Of a DNA stretch of 64,000 nucleotides, positions 12,587 through 26,455 are shown one piece after another. How positions within the stretch are numbered: the first letter of the stretch is position 1; each line of letters opens with the position of its first letter. A model generated the notes under the pieces. The model ran no database searches. It had not been told where the DNA came from and was given only the letters and a program-made list of their open reading frames with translations. The stretch is from Octopus sinensis (Eukaryota). The position numbers and the translations under genes were made by a program. The stretch covers positions 26,784,001 through 26,848,000 of the forward strand of contig NC_043002.1 of the NCBI RefSeq assembly GCF_006345805.1, written 5' to 3'.

Positions 12587-12934
12587 TATATTATAATATA
12601 TATAATATATATATATATATATATGATATATATATATATATATATAATATATATATATATATAATATATTTGTATCTGAGTGCATTCCATTGATGAAGGC
12701 AGAGCATTTCTTATGTAGAGCCGTAAATCCAGGATCTGGAATTATCTAGTAATTTTTTTGCTAATTTATTCTGTCACTTTGTCTTCTCCCTTGGTGCTAT
12801 ATGAACATGTAATGTGGTTTTAGAGTCAAGTTTTGACTGCTATTTCCAGCGTGGAGGTATCTCTTAGATACCCTAAGTTATAATTATATATACATATATA
12901 CAATGTTGGTTTCCCGTATTCTGCGGTATCTGTT

Positions 12935-13103
12935 TCTTCCCATCTCTGAATGGGATGCCGGTCCTCCGCAGGAGTATTTTTGTCAGCCGAAAAGACTGGA
13001 TCAATGTGAAAGGAAGTGTTTTGCTCAAGAACACAACGCATCGCCCAGTCCAGGAATCGAAACCACAATCTTATGATCACATGGGTAGTAATTTAACCAC
13101 TGA
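12935..13103 (-). mobile_element. degenerate tRNA-derived SINE
   Basis: Sense TCAGTGGTTAAA...GGTTTCGATTCCTGGACTGGGCGATGCGTTGTGTTCTTGAGCAAAACAC. Confidence 0.7.
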
Positions 13104-13104
13104 A

Positions 13105-13975
13105 TAACACTGACATTTCATTTTAACAGATATATTTACCAAAATTACATTAAAAAATTTTGAAATACTACAGAGTAAATTTATTCGATAAAATCACCAT
13201 TGACTTCAATCTCGGCCTCTAGACGACTTCGGAATCTTCTGCAACTCTTCTGGATGGTCTCCTTGTTTAAGTCAGTGAATGCTACCATAATCTGCCATCA
13301 GTTCACCTTTGGAGTTACAAACAGCTTTTTTGGTTTCTAGCTCAGCTGCGCCCCACGCATATTAATCAAGGGGTTTGTAGTCTGGGGAGTTAGGTAGCAT
13401 TATGTTATGGCTGATGTGGTTGCAGAAATTGTCCGGTAGCCTTGTCTGAGTTCTCCTGCGTGTGTGGTATGGTGCAGAGTCCTATTGGCAGATATCGGGT
13501 CTTCTGGCTTCTACCCTCTTGAGCCAGGTCAACAATACTTCCTCCACGCACTTGACGTAGGCCTCCGTGTTGAGTGTAAGGCCGTGTGAGGAGATGAATG
13601 GATTTATAACATCACCATCACTAGTGATCACTCCAAACACCATAATGTTGACTGGATGTTTGATTTTTATCACTCTCGCTACATGTTTTGGGGACTCAGG
13701 TGACACCCAACACTTTAAAATGTCCGTATTGGAGCTTCCGGCGCGGATTCCAAGCAGTATAGCATGTCGTTTCCGAATTTCCGATTGAGTGAATTGCGCC
13801 ATGGTGTTATCTTTCTCACAGATGGTACACAACTGACCCTACTATATTGTGTAATTGACAAAATCAAAAACAAAACATGCACATGCACAAAATTAAAATG
13901 TAAAATGACGACAGTTTACCGATATGTTATTAGAACGCTTAATTTTGCTGCATTCCTCTTGAGAGCCCTACTCAT
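13105..13975 (-). mobile_element. Tc1/mariner maT (DD37D)-type transposon relic, internally deleted
   Basis: KHPVNIMVFGVITSDG, Q*DSAPYH, PNSPDYKPLD and FRSRLEAEIEVNGDFIE* in minus-strand frames; boundaries approximate. Confidence 0.85.
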
Positions 13976-14341
13976 ATACATATACGGGGCTAAGAGCACA
14001 GACATATTTCCTTTGCGGATAGGATCTATCTGACATGGATGTGGAAACTTAAGATGAACCTATTCCAGTATTCTGTGCTTCCTCAATCACTTCTGATCAT
14101 TCGCTGCATACCATTTAAGTCTCAACACTAACGATATAAATAATAACTGTGATTTTCAGTCACTGATGTGTATATAGTCGGCAGACTTATTAAAATATAT
14201 ACACTAGAGACGGGAGAAAGATTAATTGCAAAAAGCAATCTTTATACTCCACTTAAGAAGTACATATTATTAGCACGCCGAATTACGTGGTTCTGACATA
14301 AATACACGATATATATGACAGGTATATATCATGGCAGACGT

Positions 14342-14382
14342 CCGTTACTGACGAAGCGCAATAAGCTGAAATCACGTAATTG
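14342..14382 (+). ncRNA. type I hammerhead ribozyme-like motif
   Basis: CUGACGA (14348-54), stem II AGC-GCAAUAA-GCU, GAAA (14368-71), UCAC, GUA (14376-78); stem I pairing is poor. Confidence 0.5.
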
Positions 14383-15471
14383 TGAGTATTTCTGGTCTCG
14401 TCTGTCACGATTTATATCTGTTTTCGCAAGGCCAATATTCAGTGTTCGGTATTCTAATAATACTTGGACGTTAAGTGGGGTATAGAGCGTGCTGTATATA
14501 TATATATATATTATATATTATATATATATATAATATAAACAAAATTCAGTAGAGTATTAAAATACCACTTGTTATAAACAGAGAGCTAATGCTCTAACCC
14601 TGCTAAGTTTTGTTTGTATTTTTATCTATAAAGGTATAAATTTGCTAGTCACTTTATTATAAGCATTATTAATAATAATAACGTGCACACACCACTCATA
14701 GTCTCTTGTATTTTATGCAGAGTTGAACAAAAGCGTTCATCATTTTCAAGGTTGAAAGCGTTTCAATGAAAAGCATATTGAGTGTTCCACTACAGAACCG
14801 GATAGTTGGTGGAAACGAAACGATAAAACCTTAGTTATATTCAGAGGTTATTAACACTTGCCTAACTTCACTAAAGCTACATCAATAGCCTTTTTGAATT
14901 ATGGTAATTCTAAGTTAGTATGATAAGTATGGCAAACTATATATATGCATAGTGACAATCATCTGCATTATATAAACATAGAATTTGATTTTTCGATGTC
15001 CTTACCCCCAAACTTTTGTGAGTTGAATTAAGCAAACACTATATATGAGAGAGATTTTCTTTAAGTATTAGAAATAGCTTTAAAAAAGTTTTTTAGCTGC
15101 TATTTCTAATGAGTTCAGTATGCGGCAAAGTAATTTATTTTACTAGCCCTTTTATATAATGTAATAATTTGAATTCGCCTTGAATGGCCTTTGCATACTG
15201 AACACTTGGTGAAATTGATTAATAATTAATTAATTTTGCCCTCAATTGTTGTGAAATTATAATTAATCTCCCTCTGATTAATGCTTCGGATTTTACCGAA
15301 ATAAGCATAGTGTTTGATGATTTTAACCCACGCTGGTGGAAAGGGGAGGAAAGGGGAGAACAGAGATTCTTCGCTTGCTTATTTGAATTTGTTGGCACTG
15401 TTAGTTACGAGCAGATCTTCGAAAGGGTATGTTCTTATTTTCAGTGTTTCCAAATCCAAACAAGGAATTTC

Positions 15472-15523
15472 TGAGCTGATGATAGAAATGTTGTTTTGAC
15501 TAATCTTGAAACGTACGTTCTCA
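15472..15523 (+). ncRNA. type I hammerhead ribozyme, unit 1
   Basis: UGAG-CUGAUGA-UAGA...UCUU-GAAA-C(GUAC)G-UU-CUCA; stem I UGAG/CUCA; predicted cleavage after GUU at 15519; U-U mismatch at 10.1/11.1. Confidence 0.72.
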
Positions 15524-16008
15524 AATAACCTTAGCATTTGATTTTTCGATGTCCTTACCCCCAAACTTTTGTGAGTTGAATTAAGCAAACACTATATATG
15601 AGAGAGATTTTCTTTAAGTATTAGAAATAGTTAAAAAAAGTTTTTTAGCTGCTATTTCTAATGAGTTCAGTATGCGGCAAGTAATTTATTTTACTAAGCC
15701 CTTTTATATAATGTAATAATTTGAATTCGCCTTGATGGTCCCTTTGCATACTGAACACTTGTGAAATTGATTAATAATTAATTAATTTTGCCCTCAATTG
15801 TTGAAAAATTAATTAATCTCCCTCTGATTAATGCTTCGGATTTACCGAAATACGCATAGTGTTTGATGATTTAACACCTGTGGTGGAAAGGGGAGAACAG
15901 AGATTCTTCGCTTGCTTATTTGAATTTGTTGGCACTGTTAGTTACGAGCAGATCTTCGAAAGGGTATGTTCTTATTTTCAGTGTTTCCAAATCCAAACCA
16001 AGGAATTC

Positions 16009-16060
16009 TGAGCTGATGATAGAAATGTTGTTTTGACTAATCTTGAAACGTACGTTCTCA
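16009..16060 (+). ncRNA. type I hammerhead ribozyme, unit 2
   Basis: Identical to 15472-15523; predicted cleavage after 16056. Confidence 0.72.
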
Positions 16061-16344
16061 AATAACCTTAGCATTTGATTTTTCGATGTCCTTACCCCCA
16101 AACTTTTGTGAGTTGAATTAAGCAAACACTATATATGAGAGAGATTTTCTTTAAGTATTAGAATAGCTTTAAAAAATTTTTTAGCTGCTATTTCTATGAT
16201 TCAGTATGCGCAAAGTAATTTATTTTACTAAGCCCTTTTATATAATGTAATATTTGGAATTCGCCTTGAATGGTCCCTTTGCATACTGAACACTTGGTGA
16301 AATTGATTAATAATAATTAATTTTGCCCTCAATTGTTGAAATTA

Positions 16345-16356
16345 TATATATTATAT

Positions 16357-16397
<41 letters not shown>

Positions 16398-16421
16398 CTA
16401 ATTATATAATAATATAGATAC

Positions 16422-16472
<51 letters not shown>

Positions 16473-16527
16473 CTATAGATATATATACATTATATATATA
16501 TATATATATATATAATATAATATATAT

Positions 16528-16560
<33 letters not shown>

Positions 16561-16646
16561 ATGCATATATATATATACATATATACAATATATATATATA
16601 CATACATATATATATATATACATATATATTATATATATAACAATAT

Positions 16647-16679
<33 letters not shown>

Positions 16680-16850
16680 ATAATATATATAATTACATAT
16701 TATACATATATATACATCTATATATTAACGAATCTGTTCTAATGATACATATAGACTCAAATACACACACACACACACAAGCACATACACACGCGTGCAC
16801 AACCACACACACACACACACACAACCACACACACACGCGCACATGCACAC
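16345..16850. repeat. (TA)n/(CA)n microsatellite field
   Basis: Direct inspection. Confidence 0.9.
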
Positions 16851-17759
16851 ATAATTATCAGTAAGGTAGATAAGGTTTTTCAACTGACTGAATTTCACTT
16901 AACTGCATAAATAAAAATGAAGTCTGTTATACCTGTGAAAAATGATACAACAAAGAAGATATCACTTACATATCAATAAATTTTCATTCAGATATTGAAC
17001 ATCTGCAAAAACAAAGGTGTGAAAAGATATAAATGAATAAATGCAGCAGTTCAATAAATTTTTTTTTAGAACATTTCACGAAATATATTCTGTAGGAGAA
17101 AAAATTAATACTGGAAGTATTTGTGGTTTAGTGATGGTAATTCTTTATCCTGGTTACTCACAGGTTAGTATTCTATTGTACAATGTTTTGATTAAAATGA
17201 AGGATACAAGCAATAATATTTTTGCGTGTGCGTATAGGTGTACGTTTGATGAAACTCTACACTATACTGTTCTCTCCCGCAATCTTTTTCTCACTCATCC
17301 TTTCTCTAATTCTTCTTTCTCCCCTTCAACGTTTTCTATCTGTCTCTCTCTACTCCTTTTTTTGTTTTACTCTCTTTCGTTGCTCACACGTGACAATCGT
17401 CCATCTTTCTTTTCCTCACGTGATCATCTTTCTTTTCTTTTCTTTCAGGGCTTTCTAACTCTCTCTCTCTCTCTTCCATCTTTTCTCGTGTCAAGGAAAA
17501 TATTTCTCCAGCGTTCGCTATTTTACCCTCGTTCTGGTCAAACGACCCTCCATGTTCGTTTTCGTTTGGTTTCCGTGTACGACTCCACTGTCCTATTTCT
17601 GTGCCCAAATTTAACCCTCCATAAATTGCGAATTATATTTTGGTATTTGTGGGAATAACTGCCTTCGAAGACTCATATTGTCGTCTAATGCTCGAAATGA
17701 GGAGTAGATACGCAGTACACAACTGATGAAGAGTCGTTCTTTATGTTACTTGTCCTGTT

Positions 17760-18215
17760 TTCCATTTGCAAAGCCATAGAACGAATAGTCATATGGAAAG
17801 CAATCACCTACCTAGAGGAAAATAACTGCTGAGTGACACCCAACATGATTTCTGAGCAAGAAGAAGCTGCCTGACTCAGCTCTTACAACTCTATGACTGG
17901 GTGTTGAAACAACTGCTCAATAACTGAAATGTGGATGTGATATATCTCGACTTTGCAAATGATTTCGATACAGTCGATCATGGAATATGTCACAAACTGC
18001 ATGATCTCGGCATAGTCGGCAAATGAGGAGAATGGCTGTATGACTTCCTGAACGATAGAAATCAAGTAGCAGTAGCCAATAGAGTCACTTCCATTGATAC
18101 GCAAATAGTAAGTGGTGTTCCGCAGGGCACTGTTCATAATGGCCCTCTCAGATAACCCTGCGCCACACAGAGAGCCCACGATCACAAGTTATGCAGACGT
18201 TACAAAAGTTTCAAA
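17760..18215 (+). mobile_element. CR1/L2-group LINE RT fragment, degraded
   Basis: RSCLTQLL, VDVIYLDFANDFDTVDHG, SGVPQGTV, ITSYADVTKVS; resembles the 11332-12372 family. Confidence 0.85.
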
Positions 18216-18322
18216 GAGACATGGTCGATGCTTCCTAGGGCTAAACAGCGGTGTGGTAATTCCCTTACGGGACTGTCACGTTATGTTCACAGTATACAAC
18301 CACTCTCTCTCTCTCTACATAG

Positions 18323-18355
<33 letters not shown>

Positions 18356-18373
18356 TGAATGTATGTATGTATG

Positions 18374-18404
<31 letters not shown>

Positions 18405-18419
18405 GTATATAGTAAGCCT

Positions 18420-18455
<36 letters not shown>

Positions 18456-18662
18456 GAGACAGAAGCAGAGAGAGATTAAAATGTATAGGCTATTGAAGTG
18501 AAATGTGAAAGTCGGAATATGCCAATTAGCAGCACATCACCACTGAAACATCTGGTATTCATAATATGCATCAGTGAAACTTTCTTATGGTACGCCACTT
18601 CAAAATTTCGCGAGATATTCCGAAAAGGACTAGAATCGAATTATTTTAATTTTTTATCAGAA

Positions 18663-18762
18663 NNNNNNNNNNNNNNNNNNNNNNNNNNNNNNNNNNNNNN
18701 NNNNNNNNNNNNNNNNNNNNNNNNNNNNNNNNNNNNNNNNNNNNNNNNNNNNNNNNNNNNNN
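18663..18762. other. assembly gap (100 N)
   Basis: Run of N directly followed by (TA)n. Confidence 1.
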
Positions 18763-18826
<64 letters not shown>

Positions 18827-18858
18827 CTATATATTATATATTATATATATATATATCT

Positions 18859-18916
<58 letters not shown>

Positions 18917-18918
18917 AC

Positions 18919-18953
<35 letters not shown>

Positions 18954-19115
18954 CCTATACACACACACAATTGTAGATTAAAACAGCCATCGTTTCATGA
19001 TAGTGGAGCGCTTCGCAATTACCAAAGCAATCACACGATATGTTGCTGATATTCTACATGATAGGTTCGTGATAATATATATCTGCATATATCTATCATA
19101 TATATATATATGTAT

Positions 19116-19158
<43 letters not shown>

Positions 19159-21029
19159 ACACACGCACACATACTATCTATCTCTCTCTCTATATATATA
19201 TATATACGCATATATATATATATATATAGATATATTGTTGATGTGTCCCGAGAGAATTGAGATACATGTAACCAGGATAGAGTTATATAAATACTAGCGA
19301 TCCGCACTACCAAATCAGAAGTGTTGAGGAGTTGATACACACATGCACGCTCTTTACTCTCTCCTTATCTTAACATTTGCCCACTCGCATATATTATTTC
19401 TTCACACATATTTATTTTCTGTACTATCTCTCTTGTGTATGTGTGCGTGTGTGTGCTCGAGTGCGATTTATGTATTGTGTGAAACAATACATAAATTAGA
19501 AGGTGATCCTCTAGAGTATCTTTGGGTTGTTCACGGCTTGAAAATTTAAGTTCTACATTAAGATTTCCACTAACTAACACGTACACGATATACACAACAA
19601 CCTACATACTATTCCAATGAGCTGGTAATTCAGACGATTGTCTAAGCGTGTACTAATTGCCGCCACCGCCGAGGTTCATTTAATTCAATGCTATATTCAC
19701 TGTTATTTATCTTAGTAGAACAAGTATCGAATTCTTTCCGGCCGTGTTTATCCTGTCTGTTTATGAACGACTACCACATCTTACGTATCCTTTACATTAG
19801 ATGGACCTCCCCTCTTTTGCCTCTGTAAAGGTTTCTTATATACCATTTTATGATAAGAGTAGTACATAACATAATTGCTTCAGTTTTTCATAACTGAGAT
19901 AAAGATAAACAGCGCTTAAGACACATATAAGGCGTCTAAAATCGTTTATGGTTGGAGTAAAGAAGCAAAGTATGTCCGAAAGCGGAGCGCTGATCGTGAT
20001 ATTTGCAACAAAATGGACTGTTAAATGCACCATCACCTCCGTGAAAGAACTAAACTGGGCGACAGTCTACAGAAGCACGAAAAATATGGGAAAGTGGTCA
20101 ACGCCAAACTAAACCAGAAAACACTGGACTAAGATAAAACAAACTAGAATTGAATCTGAAAATCTATCGTTGTGAAATTAAGTTCTTCAAATCGCTACCA
20201 TGCCTCACTGCACCAATTTATGATGTTAGAGCCAACGTTCGATAAAAATTAAGGGAAAGAGATCTGTTAACTAGTTCTTTAGTAAAAACCAACACCAACA
20301 AAAGCACATTCTAAAGCAGTATTCCCAAACAGGTGACGAACAAACATGTTGCTTGCACTAAATATTGAAATATTGATGATAGGAATAACAAAGAAAGCTA
20401 GAATCTTTCGTATATTTTATCTAACATCAAATATATGACTTTATTTTTTTGTTGATAGATACAAGTTATGAATATGTTAATATGGAGATTTAAGCTTTAT
20501 GTAGACACATATATCAAAGCTAGACTATCGCTGTATTCACCAGACACCTACACGTGCTCTCTCCATCCTGTCTTTCTTTATTTAACATTTATGCAATATT
20601 GTAATGGGGTGAAAATATTATCCAATATCAATATATCAATATATTGTAGAAATATATTATTTATCGTGCATTTACAATGATTACATAAAATTTCGGTACA
20701 TTATTTGAGTGTGCAAACAACATATTAATGAAAAGAGTGAGAAATCAATTAACTATCTCAAAAATTCTATGCAGTTCTTGGTTCGATTCTACTATACACC
20801 ATTTTAGACGATAAAATTAATACCACTGACTTAGTTCACTGACCGTGACGCAAAATTAGTAAATGAAAACTTTGGAAAAGCGTGTGTGTCGGGGTAGAGG
20901 TGCAAGGGTTTGAAAGTTCTTTTCTCTTTATCTGAAATCTTCCTGTAATGAAGGAGTTTCATTACGGGAAGCTCTTTGGGGGTTGTATGAGATGTCATCA
21001 GGAAAAGAAAGTTTCTTATTTCTTTACTG

Positions 21030-21248
21030 CCCACAAGGGGCAACTCACAGAGAAGACAAACAAAGACAAACAAACGGATTAAGTCGATTATATCGACCTC
21101 AGTGCGTAACTGGTACATAATTTATCGACCCCGAAAGGATGAAAGGCAAAGTCGACCTCGGTGGAATTTTAACTCAGAACGTAGCGGCAGAGGAAATACC
21201 ACTAAACATTTCGCCCGGAGTGCTAACGTTTCTGCCAGCTCGCCGCCT
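21030..21248 (-). mobile_element. tRNA-derived SINE family B
   Basis: Sense AGGCGGCGAGCTGGCAGAAACGTTAGCAC...GTCGACTTTGCCTTTCATCCTTTCGGGGTCGATAAA...GTAAAGAAATA. Confidence 0.9.
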
Positions 21249-24200
21249 TCAAGAATGTTTCTTGAGGAGCTCGCTGCCGACACTTAGGTTGATGTTCACT
21301 TCACTTTCTATCATTAAATTTATGTATCTATATTTGCAAGTGCTATGTCTGAATGAAGCTATTCATTGGAAAGCTGACTACAGAGAGAGCAAGTGTCTAT
21401 CTCTTACATACTTTCTTAGGTAGAACCTGTCGTTAACGCTAATCGATGTCAAGATCTTGCAGGTGTTAATTACTACGGAATGGATTTCATTTACATACCA
21501 GTCAAAAATCCCAAAAGTAATTTGCATCGTGAAATATTGCCTTGCGACTGCCATAGTTTTCTAATATGGTGTAAAATTCTCGGATCGTTCAGCGTTATAT
21601 ACAGCACTTTCGTTTTTATCAAGTAATTGTAGCATTCTTTGTGTGAAACAGAAGGGATAGAGAAACTCTTGCTGCACAGGTATTTGGTTTGGGTTATTGC
21701 TTTCTCAAGTTTGCCAGTCAAATACTAACATTACTTTCAGCCAAGTTCTACGCCCACTGAAGATATGACAGCCAAGATATGGCCTATCTTGCATCGTCCC
21801 TATTATTCATTCTTCGATGGCGAGGATTATTAGCTTTAGTAGGGGCAATAATACGTGTAGGGATGTCTTTGGGATGATAAGGAGTGAATTGCAACTGTAC
21901 GAATGCAGAAATTTATATTATGAAACCGCAATGAGAGATTGAATCTCTCCGATATCGTCGTAGAATTTCCAACCAACTTTTTATAAGATCACAGTAAACC
22001 GTCTTAAAATAGAACACAATGGCCTTATAGAGCGCCTGCGAACTAAAAGATGCGCATCGTCGTCTGAACTGCATTTGATCATATTCTCCTTCAACTGTGT
22101 TCCCTTGGGATTAATCAACGACAATGAGGAAAACAGAACGTGTTTATTTGTTAATCTTTTACGTAGGGACTGACTTTAAGCTAAACAAGTAATTTTAAAG
22201 GAAGATTGGAGAATCTAATCAGAGATAAACAAATAAAATGATGGGTTTGGCTGGTAGGCATTTTAATCACAGAAATGCTTGATCGAATATGACTTAGGGT
22301 TATATAACAATCACAATATTATGAAAAATTAGAAAACTAAATTCCAGCTTATATTTAAAGAGTTATTTGTAAGTTATGAATGAAATATAATAAAAACGAT
22401 AATATACTTAGTAACTTGTTTAAATCTCTAGAGATTTATTCTATTGTAAAATGTATTTTGAATATCTGTCAAAATGTATTTTCGAAGATTATGTAATTTG
22501 AAGACGGTACGTCAGCAGAGTGGTAGCTGCGCTGGCTTAAGAGATAGAGAACTAAAGAACTGCAATATAAACGAAGTTTTAGCATTGGCATTCTAAAAAT
22601 AGCAAACATATTTCTTGAAATTCACAACGTACTCAACATGTTTGAGAACGTATTCGATAATGCAAGCTTAGATACATGTCACAAGAAAACAGCAGATGGC
22701 TTCGCGTGTGTTTTTATGACAGACTTAGAACAAGGTTTATTCAACGCAAATATCGAATAGAAAGCATTGCATCCTCTGTGAATATATTAACAAACACTCA
22801 CTCATTCTGACCCAGGTAAGATACATCCACACAGATACATACGCACACACATACACACACACACACGCCCACGTGCACGAAAACACACCACCAACACACT
22901 GACACACACTGACACAGACACACACGACTACACATCCACACATAACTGGATTCTTTGTCGGTTTCGACAATTATTATTGCAATGTTCGATCACTTGAACT
23001 ATTCCCATCATTGAATTAATGAATAAATCGCTGAATACTTTTGACTTTATCGGAATTTTTTACGCTGAAAGAGCACGGCGCATTGTCATACAAAATTGGA
23101 CATTTGACAAACAGGTATTTTCAAGACGATGAACTTCCTATAATCAGTTTTACTCACAAGGTCTGGAGCGATGTTAGCTATGTCAAGAGCAATTGTCATA
23201 GGGCCACTCATTTGTATTGAAACCAAAAATTAATTACTGCGAATTAATTACTTCTTATGTACTCAAACTTACCGATGTTCATATGAAATTATTCAGATGC
23301 ACCTAAGTTTATTACAGTATATTACAACTGTTAGTTTCACCCTTGGATATCTCTTCGGTTAAAGTTGGGTAAGATCATCAATACAGCTTTTTCTTACATT
23401 GTAAGAGAGGAAAGAAAACTGCTGCACATCGGTAGCAAATTAATGGATTTGTAATTTGTATTACTTACCTATTGAATTTGGGGGAGTTTATTTGTACTTG
23501 GGCATTGATTTTGGCCGCTCGTATGTGTCAATGCCTGCCAATATACATCTGTGATCTGATCTGTGTTGGTGTGTATATGCTCAAGTGTATTTGTGTGTTT
23601 ATGTTTGTATTTATCAACGTCGATTCATTACGTTCGCAGAACCTACACATTTCTTGAAAAGATGTATACATGTAAAAATACATACGCATGAGAAGATGTA
23701 CACGCATAAGAGGACCTCACAAAAACATGAGGATGATTTAATATAACCTGTACACACTTATATAATCATTTTACTTGACACTTTGATGCACATGTTCCGT
23801 ATAATATACGTATAATATACATCCATGCACTTACATACAACAATACTCTTTCAACAGAAGCAGACAAAAATACAAGTGTGCATACACACACACCGGCTCA
23901 TCAACCACGTATATATACACGATATCTCTATAAAGAGATATCGCAAATATAATATGCCTACGATCTGCTTCGACATTAAATATTGATTGATCATCTGCAT
24001 TTTTTGCCACGGATGTAGTGTGAATGTGGCTGAGAATTCCACAGACACGTGTCCTTAACGTAATGTGCAGGTGAACTTAATATGATGTAGTGTATAAAAG
24101 TTTGTACTTTTAAATTGTACAAACAGTGCACATACGACAGGCTTCCACACAATTACACTTTATCCGTTTTTTCTCACAAATCTGTGCGTCATAATTGCAA

Positions 24201-25530
24201 TACACTTAACAATTCTGCCATGCCTGGGTCCATATAAAAATACACGTCTACATACAAAAACACATGACCATATACAAATTGTAGCAAATAGAGCATCCCC
24301 TGGAATCACATGGGTTTCAAATTGAAACCATTAATTTATACAAAGCAGTAATTTGTGATCAACAGATTGGCAAAAACACACGTCATATCGCATTAAAACT
24401 GCAGGAAGTAATGAGGAAAACATACACTTTAACAATAATTGGAGAAGAATTACGAATTAAAATTTCGTAATGATTACGAGTCCAGAACACCGCAGTTTTG
24501 GCAAGTGTTATGCATAATTAAAAACATAGAGACAGACAGAGAGTTACATCAGCAGTTTAACTCTATGTTCACAATATTCACTCTTTATATATATAATGTA
24601 TAGAAGGAGAAAATTACTTAGATTTTGGTCAGTAAAATTGTAAGCATCCAAGTTAAGATATGTTGCGTAGCTATCATTATATAAAATAATTTCTTCATGC
24701 ATAAAGACGCTCATATCTGACAAGTAAAATTGCTGGATAGAAAATGAAGAATTAATTATCCATAATTTAAACAAGATAAAAAGACGAAAAAAAAAGAGAC
24801 AGATAAAGTAAAGATAAATTAAAGATTGAATAACCAAAATATATAAAAAATATAACGTAATGATTTAAAAGTTGTGTAAGCTGGGGATAAAAGAGATAAC
24901 GAATTGAAGATGCTCTAGAATTCATGGATGAAAGGTTACAGACAGGGAGGTCAAACCAATGCCAAGAGATTGTGTTTAACAACAATAAACTTTTATAGGA
25001 AGTCAGCAAGGTCACAAAATAAAACATGACAAAAAGCATTTGAACTTTTTAAGATTTTAATCACACACCAGCCGCACCGCAATAGGCTTATCAGCTGTAT
25101 GTATGTGTGTGTGTATGTGTGTGTGTATAACAGATAAATACAGGCATATCAATAGCAAACAACATAAATTCTTGGCTTATTAAAATTATCTCCATTTGTA
25201 GATGGTTAAAGTTATCCAATGGCAACTGAGACCACCTTCATATGAAAAAGGAAGATGATGTCGAGATTCAGGTATACTCCAAAAAAGAGATGACGTTATG
25301 GAAAAGTTAGAAAATATTGTCTGATGATAAGAGAACAAGCGTGGACACTTGAACAAACGTTTTTGCAAAGATTTTAGTGCAGATAAAACCAAGACACGAT
25401 ATATGTGCTATATATGACATTGAATGTTGAAATATCAGTAGCCCTGAAATTTTCCTCATACTTTGTATTGTGAGTTTGGGCATATCTGAGTGTGTGTTGT
25501 GTGTGTGTATGTGTATATCTTTCTGATCTG

Positions 25531-25751
25531 TACAAGTGCGTGCTGAAAAGTTCCTGGCTCTGTGTAAAAGAAAATACAGGAGGATCAGTTAAATATGGTT
25601 TTATTTAACATATTCCCGTCTCAGATTCACACACTTACTGTAGTGGTCCTTCAGTTTTTCTACGCACTGTAAAAAAAATCTGAAATTTGGGTCTCAAACC
25701 AGGCTTTTTATGATACTCTTAAAGCCAGAAACTTTTCACTACCTCCTAGTA
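25531..25751. mobile_element. mariner-derived MITE
   Basis: TIRs TACAAGTGCGTGCTGAAAAGTTCCTGGCT and AAAGCCAGAAACTTTTCACTACCTCCTAGTA, TA at both ends; left half matches the mariner 3' end at 50140-50242. Confidence 0.8.
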
Positions 25752-26288
25752 AGTGTCTATACTACGACAATTTTGAATATCTTAATGTTTATTTGTATAA
25801 TATTCGGATGAAGAGTAAAGGTGCATCACCTTTTATAAGACGTCCAGGAAGACAAGAAGCCATGGTCCAATGTTTACTGGAATAGATAGTGTTGAAGTAG
25901 ACATGTACTGAATTAAAAGGCAGCTGAACTATTTTTCAACATTTAGATGATTTTATTCTACTCAAAACAAGTCTTCCTCCCATATCACTTCTCTACTCCA
26001 ATTTTAACTCAAATAGTTTTAAGTATTTCGTAAATTCTTCGACTTCAATTTTAAGAAAAGACGATGTTTGTTGCTTAAAAACAAGTTCTAATCAAAAGCA
26101 TTTCAGCTACACGTATTCCCTCGTTTTTATTTTCTTTTTATTTGTAAAGATACAGTATATCAAAGACATATAACATAAACACAGCCTGATCAACTTTTAT
26201 CAGTTGTCCTTCGTCTTTTTAAATGGGCAGAGTAGAATTTGGCAGAAATTTGTATGCTATTTCCTAAAAGATCTTTCTTTGAGAAAGA

Positions 26289-26402
26289 ATTTACATGCAA
26301 TTTCTTGAATTGAGCAAGATATATTTACTATTTAATGTAGGATGCAATTTCAGTATATTTGTAACCTACGTAGACTAGGTGCAGCGAGCTTTCTCGTGGA
26401 TT

Positions 26403-26455
<53 letters not shown>

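Larger units (their letters stand above)
14983..16344 (+). repeat. tandem array of 2.5 units of ~540-550 bp, retrozyme-like
   Basis: Unit starts ATTTGATTTTTCGATGTCC at 14983, 15536 and 16073 (periods 553 and 537); copies differ mostly by small indels; each complete unit has a hammerhead fold. Confidence 0.92.

Noticed and set aside
17041-17658. 205-aa hydrophobic ORF
   Set aside because: Runs through CT-rich low-complexity DNA, which yields F/L/S-rich text; no family motif.
17723-17745. CTGATGAAGAG hammerhead-like box
   Set aside because: No downstream GAAA or NUH and no stem I.
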